From Octopus sinensis (taxonomy: Eukaryota): DNA of 64,000 nt. Of this stretch, positions 52,859-64,000 are shown in pieces (position 1 is the first letter of the stretch; every line of letters begins with the position of its first letter). Position numbers and translations under genes: made by a program. Below the pieces are notes generated by a model that was not told the origin of the DNA, made no database searches, and worked only from the letters and a program-made list of their open reading frames with translations. Location of the stretch: NCBI RefSeq assembly GCF_006345805.1, contig NC_043003.1, positions 23,498,001 to 23,562,000 of the forward strand. Reading direction: 5' to 3'.

Positions 52859-54405
52859 TTTATGTATTTTTTGTATTTTTAGATGTATAGATGGATAAAT
52901 AGATAGATATAATTATACATATACATGTATATGTTTATACCTATGTGTGCAGGGCAGTTTTAATCCCGTTATTTTTTCATAGATGCTTGAATATTATAAA
53001 AATATTATTTGATGGATCACTAGATCTCACCATCTTATTTTGTTATCTTTTTCAGGCTTTCGATACGTGTAGTAACATTTCTATTGTGTCATTATATCCC
53101 TGATATTTTAATAAACATATTACAAGTTCCGTGTATTACAAACCATTGGCATTATTTCTAACGCTGTTTTTATTTTCTAATATATCTTGTTTATTAATTT
53201 TTGTTTCAGTTAAATATTATCAATTGCTTTCGAGACTTCATAAAACACAGAAATAAATAAATCACAATCAGGAAACACGCCATAAAAAAATTAAATAAAT
53301 ACGTAAACATAACAATATCTTAGATGAAGATCAAATTGTCGCTCATTTTATAATTTCGACTAATATATAATGCAATAATTTATTTCGCATGGAAATCAGA
53401 AAAAAGAAAAATGGCTACCGAGACATTTATATTCCACCCACAATTTGTTCTCAGACTGTGTAACTGAATGCATTTCATATTACAACGGACTGGAAATTTA
53501 AAAAAAATAATAAAACACGGCGTCGTAAGGTTTTCCATATATTTTATGATTTCACATTGTTTTCATTATCTGAACGTAATTAAAATGACAAGCTAGTAGA
53601 AAAACTAGTGTGTCGGAAATATCCTTTGTGGTATTTACACTGGCTCCATACATTCTGATTTCTAATCACGCCGGGGGCATGTTTGCCTTTCATTCCTACC
53701 TCTACTCAGATTATAAAGATATAATCAACTCGACCTTCAAAATATTATGGCGTTTTGCCTAAATAGCAAATCGTTATTTCAGCCTAAAGGTTCTCTACAA
53801 ACGACAAATTAGTCTTTATATAAGTACAGTTAAATTTTCTATACAAATGATTCTATAACGGTAAAAATGACATATTTCATTCCTCCCTGATTCCTAAGAT
53901 TTTTATTACGTGGAAAAATAAGGCTCATAAAATGGATGGGGAAAGGAGTTCAAGGACTGTTTTGGTACAATGGTTGAAAGTCTGAGGGTTTGACTTCATG
54001 GTAGCATTGGACTTCCCTCACCTAAAGATACTTTCATCCGATAGTTACACACTAATATATATTTATACTCTTATGTAATTCGAATTCCATCGTAGAAATA
54101 TTGCCATTTCATGCCAAGACGTAAACACTGTATGCATCCGTGTGTGCGTATGTGTGCGTGTGTATGTGTGTATGTGTGGGTGGAGATGCTTGACTCGGTG
54201 GTTAGGGTGCTGTACTCATAAACTTAAGACGGTAGCGTCGATTCTTGGACCGGTCGATAGTCCGAAAGGCATCAAAGAAGAATCTATACGTGCCATGCCA
54301 GAATCCGGGAAAATAGCTTCAACAACCTATGGCTCCGGGACCACGATTTGTGGTTTTTGATATATATACACACACATATATATACACACACACACACACA
54401 CACAT

Positions 54406-54439
<34 letters not shown>

Positions 54440-54512
54440 TATATACACTCATACATATATGTATGTATACATATGTATATATATATATATATGTACATAT
54501 GTATGTGTGTGT

Positions 54513-54544
<32 letters not shown>

Positions 54545-54941
54545 CAACACATACACTCATACATATGCACATATGTATTTACAGTATTTACATAAATACA
54601 CCCAAGCACCCACACATACACACCCGTATATGTATGTATTTATTTGTATCTTGCAAGAAAAACAAATATATATTAAATTGGGGAGTTACTCAATACATTT
54701 ATCGGAGTAAAAATATTTTAATTCTGAAGCAAGAAAATTTCGACAATGATTTCGAAGTATTGCTCAGCCGATCTACGACCAGACTAAAGTACATTTGAGT
54801 TCATCCTGGCTGTGTATAATCGCTGATAAATTAATATTTTCTAGGATAAATTGAATTCTGTTGAATGATAATTATGTTATATAGTAGTATGCATGTATTT
54901 TTGTGTGTGTGTATGGAAAGATATATACATATATTATAGAG

Positions 54942-54992
<51 letters not shown>

Positions 54993-55046
54993 GAACATGC
55001 AATAATATGTATATATATATTTATTTATTTATATGTGTATATATAT

Positions 55047-55129
<83 letters not shown>

Positions 55130-58100
55130 AGATATCTCTATCCCAGTCATGTATTTCTGAATCTAATGCAAACCATCCCATTATCGACGATCAGACTTCT
55201 GGCTCTGTGTGTGCTAATATATGTATCAATGCTCTTGGCCGTCCTTCACATTCTAGTTATGCCTTGTGGGGTCAAAGCAGATTTTCTACATCGATGTATA
55301 AGAGTCATTACCAATCAGAGCTGTCAAGCGTGGTCTTACGCGGAAATACAATAGCAACAGAAATGAATTGAATGTATTTTCTCTTTTCTCCTTTTTTTAT
55401 CCCGTTTCTTTGTTCGTTTTTCAATCATTAGAAGTCAAAATGTCGATTGAAAATCAGCTTCAAAACGGAGAAAAAAATTATATCTATACTTTGCATCTCG
55501 TACTCGCTCGCATAATTTATTCACTCAACAAACTGCTTATTAAATCGCCGTTTCTCTGTTCATATAGCTATCAATGTTTTAATTTTTTTTTGTTTTTGAA
55601 AACCAGCATGTTGTCCACTTTAGGTTTCTATATGACGGAATATTGTATTCTCTATTGCTCCTTTTATTTGATGACGGTGTATTGTTATTATAACGATTAA
55701 ATGTGATGCATTGTGGGGCTCACTCGATTTCATCTCTGACACAGCAATTATTCGCCTGAATTAGAATTTTGTTATTTTTTTCAACAGCACAAACATTTGG
55801 TTATTCATCCGTATCTTGTTATTCATTCATATCACAAATGCTTTGTCCTGACAAATTGATACAATTTTTTTTTGTTTTTACTTAAGATAAAAGAGTTTTC
55901 TTTGAGTATTGAATAATAAATGCGTAAGGTGCAAATATTTCTCTAAGGTATTGCAGTTTCTCCTTAATTAATATAAGATAATATTTGACCAAGCAGAATG
56001 GGCAGCCTCCCACTTTTACTTTGTCTGAAGTGTTTTTTTCACCCAATATTTACACGTTTTATCTACATCGAATTCCACCGTAAAAATAGAATTATTTTAT
56101 ATTTTGTCATTTATATCCAAACACAAATTCCCATTCAGTGTGATAAAAATCACAACATATCAACACTAGGAGAAATCAAATATTTCGTAAATATATTTCA
56201 CAGCATTTACTGCTGACAACTGTTAAAATATGTTCAAACATATATTGCCTTACTGTTTCATGATATTGCAGTTATTCTATGATAATTTATGGCATTCTCT
56301 AAAATAAATCGGCAAATATTCACTAATTGAAACCTGGTCGCACGCTCTAATTGCGTTCGAGATCAGAAGATTAAACGACAATTATCATACTTAATTAAAT
56401 GTAGTGTCACACGAATTTATCTGAACATTATCAGAACTAAAGTACTCTGGCCTCTACTACAATATTTTAAACCTGCTTTCAAATGTTGATAATTCCTTAG
56501 GATATACACACTAGTGCAGCTTTGGCAAACTCTGACCTATGTAATCGAAACTCGTGTTCACTTGTGTTAGATGAATCATAATTCGCTTGAAAGCTGTTTA
56601 CTGCAATGTCTGCTTTAAAACTATATTTGCCTGTGAATATCTGTGGACCTTTGAGATGAATGAAAACAAAATATTGCAATATAAATGGTTTTATGTCCCT
56701 TTGCGCGTAAAGGAAACCGGTGCCAATGATCTTGTTGAGACAAACATAGCAGAGTGGGAACAATGAAACTCTGTACGCAATGTTTTGGCAATGTTTCGTA
56801 ATATATTTCTAAATAAAACCACAATATCGTGATATTCGTAATTATTCCGTATGGACAGGGCATTTTAAGATATCAGAAGGAAATAATCACCTTCTTTCTT
56901 ATGTGGAAACTTCAAAGTTAGTTCTTATAGTTTTCCGATACTAAACATATGTATATATTAAATTAGTAATACAAACATTTTCCAAAATATGATGATATTG
57001 ATCGGGATAATGAGAATTATATTGTTGACTTACCAGAATAATAAATCAGGTTTCAATGTGTTGAATATATCGTAGCAAGTCACCTATGATATACGTGCGT
57101 GGGTGTGCGTATGTGTGTATGAACATGTGTCTGTGTGTGTGTGTGACTGTGTATATGAATGTATATATGCAGATACAAATATATATATATATATATATAT
57201 TTGTTTAGTAGATCCCTCCCACTCAAAAGGTACGTTCATGCACACAGATGAACATAAGCAACAACGGGACAAGCACGCGTACATACATGTGTACATGTAT
57301 GGCTGCATGTGACTACATACGTGTATGTTTATACCTAGCTACATATGCAATGTATTTTTTTCTAATATATTTGTGTAAATAATTTACTGGCAATGCAATG
57401 AAATTGAATAGTACGCTCAGGAAGTTTGAATGAGACAAGATATATAATTATATCGATGCTCAAATATTTGATCAATAAACCAAAGAAATCCAATTTTCCA
57501 TTCCTTGTAAGCAGATCTTTATTGATTTCTTTCCTTGATGAGTAACTTTTTGTTCCAGCGCAGACTTAGTTCTAGCAAGTACCGTGATCCCGATAAGAAA
57601 ATAAGTTAGAAATAACGAAGGAAATTTTTTTTATTTAATCATTCAGCAGTTGATATTACTCGTATGCCGTTAAAGTAACGAATCTTTAAGAGAGATTGCT
57701 TCAAAGCATGCATATACCCCGTTGGTATTCTTACATTATCTAATTTTTCTGCCAGTTTATGATAGCACCAAAATTCGAATTAGTCTTATCAAATAGTAAC
57801 TGCTCTCCACGCGATGACTGCGCTAACTACTTTCAATGAAACTTGTCACTAAATATATAATATAAATGCGGTTCAAAGACCTGTGCTAGAAATGAAGAGT
57901 AAAGTTATATAGAACAGCTAATTATTCTGCCTATCAGCACAAAATTCATTTGCTGTACGTTTTCAGGAGAGGTCATATATATATTCAATAAATTTCTGGG
58001 AAACTTCTTGAGAAAATAACGCCTACATGGAAGGTGGAGAATATATGTATATGAATCATTTTCCATTCGATATAGCCTACTTTTCTATATTATAATCTTT

Positions 58101-58383
58101 ATTCTTAATAACTTGAGAAATATATTAAAGCTTTAATACTAACATGAAAATAGATTATGTATAGAGTTGAAAACATACATTCTTATGTCCAACTTTCTGA
58201 GAAAATTATTTGCAAATACTAGTAGTTTGATATTTGAGAAGGCAAGTAGGTCTGGTTTAAAAGATAAATGTTACAAAATATTTTCTAGAACTGGCTCTGT
58301 ATTGTAGTTGTAAGACGAACTTCAAAAGCAATAGTTGAGGCATTCCTTCACAGAAATTGTGCTAGAAATTCAACAGAAATTTC

Positions 58384-58808
58384 GGATCTTTACGGTTTGA
58401 ATGGCAGTTTTTAACATTTCTAGGTAACTAAAAAATTTTAAACTTCGTATACTGGTAGAATGTGTTTATAAAACATCTTTTTCTCTTGGCTTTATTGAGA
58501 AAATCCTATAGTTTGTAAGATATTTGTTGTTTTTTTTTATTCAATTTCTGCAATTTCAACCAATCACTGACGTCCATGGAGGTAAAAAGTATTCTGTGTC
58601 GTATGCATATGTCCCTCGTTTAAGAAACATATTGGGTTTATTTACATTTGTGAAGAAAAAAAGATACCCTTCCCCCAGCCCTAACCCTAACTAACCCTAA
58701 CCTTAAAACAGATTGGAATGCAATATATCGATACTAGGGTCATAATTATGGGTGACAATTTCATATGACACCGCTAGAAGCAAACTGCCGTTCAAACCGA
58801 AAAAATCC
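58384..58808. mobile_element. MITE with GG-initiated TIRs, 8-bp TSD and internal (CCCTAA)n; Merlin-like
   Basis: TIR GGATCTTTACGGTTTGAATGGCAGTTT vs AAACTGCCGTTCAAACCGAAAAAATCC; GAAATTTC at 58376-58383 and 58809-58816; CCCTAA repeats at 58679-58703. Confidence 0.8.
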
Positions 58809-61800
58809 GAAATTTCTTTCAAAATTGTAATCATTTGGTACTCTTATACCGCTTGCTCATAGGGAAAATATTGCTAGTTGTTCATACCTTATGAACATAT
58901 CTTGAAGTAGTTTGACATTGTTCTTTATCTGACTTTTATCGTCATACGTGTAGGACCTGGGTGAGCGGGCAGTTATATAACTTCACTACTGTAATGTGTC
59001 TTCATTATATCATGTCGGTGTTCTTATAGAACATCAGGATAAAATATAGTTATAGAATTAAATACGGTACGCTACACACTCAGCCATTACCAAATATATT
59101 TGCATGTAATAATTGCTATGTAACGATTCTTCTCAATCGGAACATACATAGATACACCTTTCAAGATAACTTGTTCTACTATAGCGAGTATTATTGACAA
59201 GCATGCCCAGTTCAAATTGAATTGTAGATGCCAGCCAAAGTTAAGCTGTTTTATAAGCATAAGATATTAAGTAACTGAATTATTGCCTATGGAAAAGAAT
59301 GCCTTTCATTGTTGTTTATCGGGGTCGTTTTGCATCTGTTTAATTTTGCTTTCTTAGATATGTATTTGTCTGAAATCTGTTCAAATTTCTCAGTCGAAAT
59401 TTGTTACAAAGGCGATAAACGATTTGTTACATTTTACATAATCTCACTCATCGACTAAATGTAGCAGGCCCTTGCATACTGCGAGGCATGAGAACAGCAT
59501 TCATAAGCACCATTTTGTAAAACTGCTTCTTGGTCCTCACCTTTCCTTTCTGATGTATACAGCTTTATGTCAAATTATGTTATAAAATCAAGCTGTGATA
59601 TTTCGGTTTGGTACAACAAACCATGTGTTATAGAGGTCGCTGACGTTGCGATAAATTATTGAAGGTGCTATTGATATTTACAAAAGAAATTATAATTCGA
59701 GAATAATAATGTTGCTCATCGTCGGGAATTGTAATACAAAGACTTCAAACAGTAGAATAAATGTTTTAATATGTTAGAGCAGTTAAAACAACGTTATGCT
59801 TTCGCAGCTTTCTTTTCAGCAATACCAATGTTTTTATAGGATGCAGAATTTATCTAGCTCTTGTATCATCTATCCTGTATTGTAGTTAAAATCAGCCGAT
59901 TTCATCTGTTACTTCTGAATATTTTCCGACGACGAATGTTATTAGAGGATAGAACTTATAAACATCAAACGCGGTGAATTCAGATACAGCAATTAAAGTG
60001 TGGCAATAATTTATTGTTCTTTTCATAGAATAGCACTAAAGTATCGCGAAATGAGTGCATTTCCTCCATTTTGTTGAACCAATAATGTGATGCTGTAATC
60101 CAAAGGCGTAATATTTTTCTGCATTTTTCTTCTTCCTATCTAGTGATACTTCGATTAGAAGTTGATTATTTAGTACGTGATAATTTATCTCTATCACAAC
60201 AATATTTACTCGGTCGTTTTATGAATGAATACTTTGATTCTGATTGAAAGCCAACCATGCACCAAAAGCTTTTGAAGAAACATGGAAAGCCTAAATTTAG
60301 CTGTAGAATAAATTAAAATAGCTACAAATATTAAAAATATTGAAATAATGGCAACAGATGTCTATCAAGTGCAGACAATACATGATGCAGATCAAAAGTT
60401 TCGTCACGTTATCTTTATCTTGATATTTAGAGAACTATCTATCTATATTTACAGAACTGATCTGTCGGTGGTTATGTTATTTGGGCCGCTAGTTAAGCAT
60501 GTATGATTGTATAACGACGTAGCAAATACGGAATAAAACAACATACGGACAATAAGGATATGTGGCTCACACGTCTCCTGGAGAGATTTCCATATACAAT
60601 TGCAATGGAGAAGAATGAAAATCTCAGAACTGTTATAGATTTATGAATCCATCTTGATTAATATATTACTTGGGACGAATTCGTGACGCTATCTAAGCAC
60701 ATGGGCCTTCAAACTGTAACAAATAAGTGGGTATGAAAATAAAGAAGAAAATATTTGGTGTGCTAAGAATAGTAAGGTAGACAAAAATGCTTAGCAGGGC
60801 TTAGAACACAACATATAGCGCCAAAGTAGCCCCCATAAATATAGCCTACATCCTACATGTGACTTGAAATTACATAGCATAACTCAAAACGCGCAAATTC
60901 AGTTCAAATCTCACAATACATATTTTGCACATTTATTTGAGAATAGAATAAAATAGGTTGGTTTTGTATGAGATTTTGTGATTAATAATCTTTAGTACAC
61001 AATTATAGATTCGTGGAATGGTGCATGTAAAAAATTTAATATTTACTCGAATATCAATCTTCAGTACATTTGCACGATAAATTTGTTTGTGTATATGTAT
61101 AAGACAGAACAAATGGAAGTAGAATATTTGTCAGTAGAAGTTCCCAATATAAAAACAAGTCTTGCACATATACTATTAATAGCTGATATTCTGCTGGTAT
61201 CCTTTAGACAAACGTTTCTTTTACTCATGTTGAAAATATTTATTAGATTATGTCTATAGTTGTGTACTAGAACAAAAGAGTAGAACAACTCGACAGTTGC
61301 GTAAAGCACTATGGATCCGTTCTATGCCGTTGTTTCAGATTGTAACCAATCATGTATTGCGTTTAATTCCTTTAGGATTCATGGACAGGGACCATATTTA
61401 ACTACAAAAGTCAGTGTCAAACAATACAATATTCATTTACAACGTAAATATACAAAGACAATCTTTGGTGTAACGTTGAGTGGCTAATGTCGAAACCAGT
61501 ATCTTACTGTTAGTGTTTTTACGTGAATATGAGAGAAATAAACTAATAGCAAGCTCATTGTGTTGATACGTCAATTAAAGGCACAGACGAGTGGGGATAA
61601 AGTAGGGATGAATGTTCTGAACAATTATTATTTCAATAAATTATAAAAGGTTTATCGATTCAGGAGAGACAAACTTATAGAGAGAGTTTGTTTGTCACAG
61701 TTATAATTTTTCAATGTTTTGCTTGGAACTTGTTACATACATACACGCACATGCACACATACTTATATGTGTACACATTCATATATCTGAACAGGTATGT

Positions 61801-61862
61801 ATGTATACATTTCTACATATGTACTTATATGCATAGATACCATTTATACATTCATATATATA

Positions 61863-61900
<38 letters not shown>

Positions 61901-61946
61901 CACGCACACACATACGTACCATACGTACACACACACACACACACAT

Positions 61947-61996
<50 letters not shown>

Positions 61997-62705
61997 TTAG
62001 AGAGAGGGAGGGGGACAGAGAAAGAGAGATAGAGAGAGAGAGAGGCATAATAGACAGACGCTAACAGTTTGCTTAGCTGCTGTTATACGCAAAGTTCATA
62101 AGATTAAGAATACTTTCTTCAAGATGTTTGCTTTAAACACGCGTTCCTCTCTTCAGTAATTCCTCTATGAATTGATATATTAATTTCGTAATTTACTTTG
62201 AGAACCAGTTACATAATCACTTGGATTAGACAAGTTATTTAATCTCATACTAGATAGCAACTTATTGGAATTTTTATATGTTCACGTCTATCTCTCTAAC
62301 AGTCATGTGCAAAACGAATTAATATACAAGTCATGTTGAACATATATTTGATCGACAGATCAGCTATAAAGACAGAGTGAGAACACTATGCGTGAGAAAA
62401 TTTTGGAAAACTTCAATGCAGCATAAAAGTTTGTGAATTATGTATGAATATCAGGTTATGAGAAGATATCGAAAAATATTTCTAGTAAATATTAATGCGT
62501 TCCGTTCTCTGACTGAAGAGGATTTACGTCAGCAGCTCACATGAGTTTGAAGTTTCAAACAATAACTAAATATGTACACGTAAAAAAGTTTTCAAATACT
62601 AACAGGAAATACAAAACCTCCAACCATCCAACCACCCAATCGGCCAACTACCCAAACAATTTGATAGACGCGTATTGGCATATGTTACTTATTGTGTTCG
62701 TGTGA

Positions 62706-62785
<80 letters not shown>

Positions 62786-62786
<1 letters not shown>

Positions 62787-62937
62787 GAGGCGCAATGGCC
62801 CAGTGGTTAGGGCAGCGGACTCGCGGTCGTAGGATCGCAGTTTCGATTCCCAGACCGGGCGTTGTGAGTGTTTATTGAGCGAAAAACACCTAAAAGCTCC
62901 ACGAAGCCCCGGCAGGGGGTGGTGATCCCTGCTGTAC
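62786..62937 (+). mobile_element. 3'-truncated family B SINE
   Basis: Nearly identical to 37551-37703. Confidence 0.92.
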
Positions 62938-63136
62938 TATATGAGATGTATTGGTATCCAGAAAACTCAAGATGGTAAGTAAGACAACGTGACTGCTACG
63001 GGAGGACCGTAGTTAGACTCTCAGTTCTATAATAATACGAATGAGGCGTGCACTGCGGGTCTTGTGTGAGCATGTTTGTGTTAAATAAAATGAGACAACA
63101 AAAAAGCCTGTGCGGAATTTATAAGGCATTTGTAAA

Positions 63137-63531
63137 GAGAAAGGTAGTCTTACAGCTATTTCTGGGAGTTAGCAACAAGGAACTCGCAGAATCCAATATA
63201 AGGAGTTATTTTGGAAAATGATGGATATAGAGAGAATAAAGGGAAATAAGAGAATATAAAAAAATATATAAAATATATGTAGGATGTTACAGAAATATTT
63301 CTACCCATTCTACAAAGCAATTTCTTTGAATAATGGTACTGCAACTGTAACAACCTACATATATGTTTATTTTTATTCTCTTATTTCCCTTTATACTTCC
63401 TATATCCATCGTTTTTTAAAGGAACTCCTTATATCGAACTCTACTATTTCCCTCTAGTTAGCAATCTCACATCGACTCTGACGAAGGAATATCCCTGATA
63501 TCCCAGAAACAGCTGTAAGACTACCTTTCTC
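63137..63531. mobile_element. Inverted pair of diverged pLTR-like segments; right arm carries a hammerhead-like motif (63474-63521, +)
   Basis: 63137-63167 is the reverse complement of 63501-63531 with 1 mismatch; arms 63137-63292 and 63345-63531 align; CUGACGA..GAAAC agcu GUA is present. Confidence 0.7.
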
Positions 63532-64000
63532 ATTATAGATATCCTATAAATTTCACACAGTCTTGGATTTGTTGTCTCATTTCATTTAACACAGACGCAC
63601 ACATACTCACACACATATTAATATAAGCAGCTAGGCGCAGTATAAGACAATAAAGGAAAACTTTAACCGTCACTGACTGTGACCGAGGTTGCAGGAGCGC
63701 ACTTATATTGCAGGAAACACGTGGGTTATTTATTCATAAATTCATTCCAGTTGCTTTAACATGTTGTTACATAGTTTTTTTCTATTTTTCTTTATCCCTT
63801 TTACGGTTGTCCAAATTATAATCTCATACCTATTTTTCTTCTATTTTTTCTCGTACTCTTTTCTCAGTTAGTTTCATCTTTTTACAATCCTTTTTTCTCT
63901 TTCTCTCATTATTCTGTTTCTTCTCTTTCTCTCTCTCTCTCTTTTCATTCTGCCTCTCTCTCTCTCTTCCTCGTTTATTTATCTGCCAATTGCTTTCTTT

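Noticed and set aside
55128-55371. Open frames after (TA)n with more balanced composition
   Set aside because: No motif, start context or splice signals; open frames are extended by microsatellite.
61465-61510. GGC-taat-GTC-GAAAC-CA-GTA hammerhead-like half
   Set aside because: Core heptamer not recognisable and stem III does not pair.

Overview
AT-rich eukaryotic DNA dominated by microsatellites and retroposon/transposon remnants. The tRNA-derived SINE families look like those I recall from octopus (coleoid cephalopod) genomes; this is recognition from memory, not a search result. I found no convincing host protein-coding exon, and almost all ORFs in the track are microsatellite translations. 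Supported content: (1) a same-orientation stack of five 5'-truncated R4/Dong-like RLE retrotransposon 3' ends in one (AAT)n tract at 2.5-4.9 kb, plus a further copy at 29.5-30.6 kb on the minus strand; (2) Penelope-like traces, namely three decayed GIY-YIG endonuclease segments, several minimal type I hammerhead ribozyme motifs and long fold-back palindromes next to (TA)n; (3) a Helitron Rep fragment and a complete non-autonomous Helitron; (4) two mariner remnants, a DD37D (maT-like) transposase pseudogene and several MITEs; (5) at least four SINE families, including self-nested and mosaic copies. The most interesting candidates are a 362-bp retrozyme-like unit carrying a hammerhead with a compensatory U3:A8 core (13.25-13.69 kb), a 5S-rRNA-headed SINE3-like chimera (46.85-47.0 kb) and a pre-miRNA-like hairpin (6.85-6.95 kb). 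The ORF listed as 30381..30599 '+' actually reads on the minus strand.
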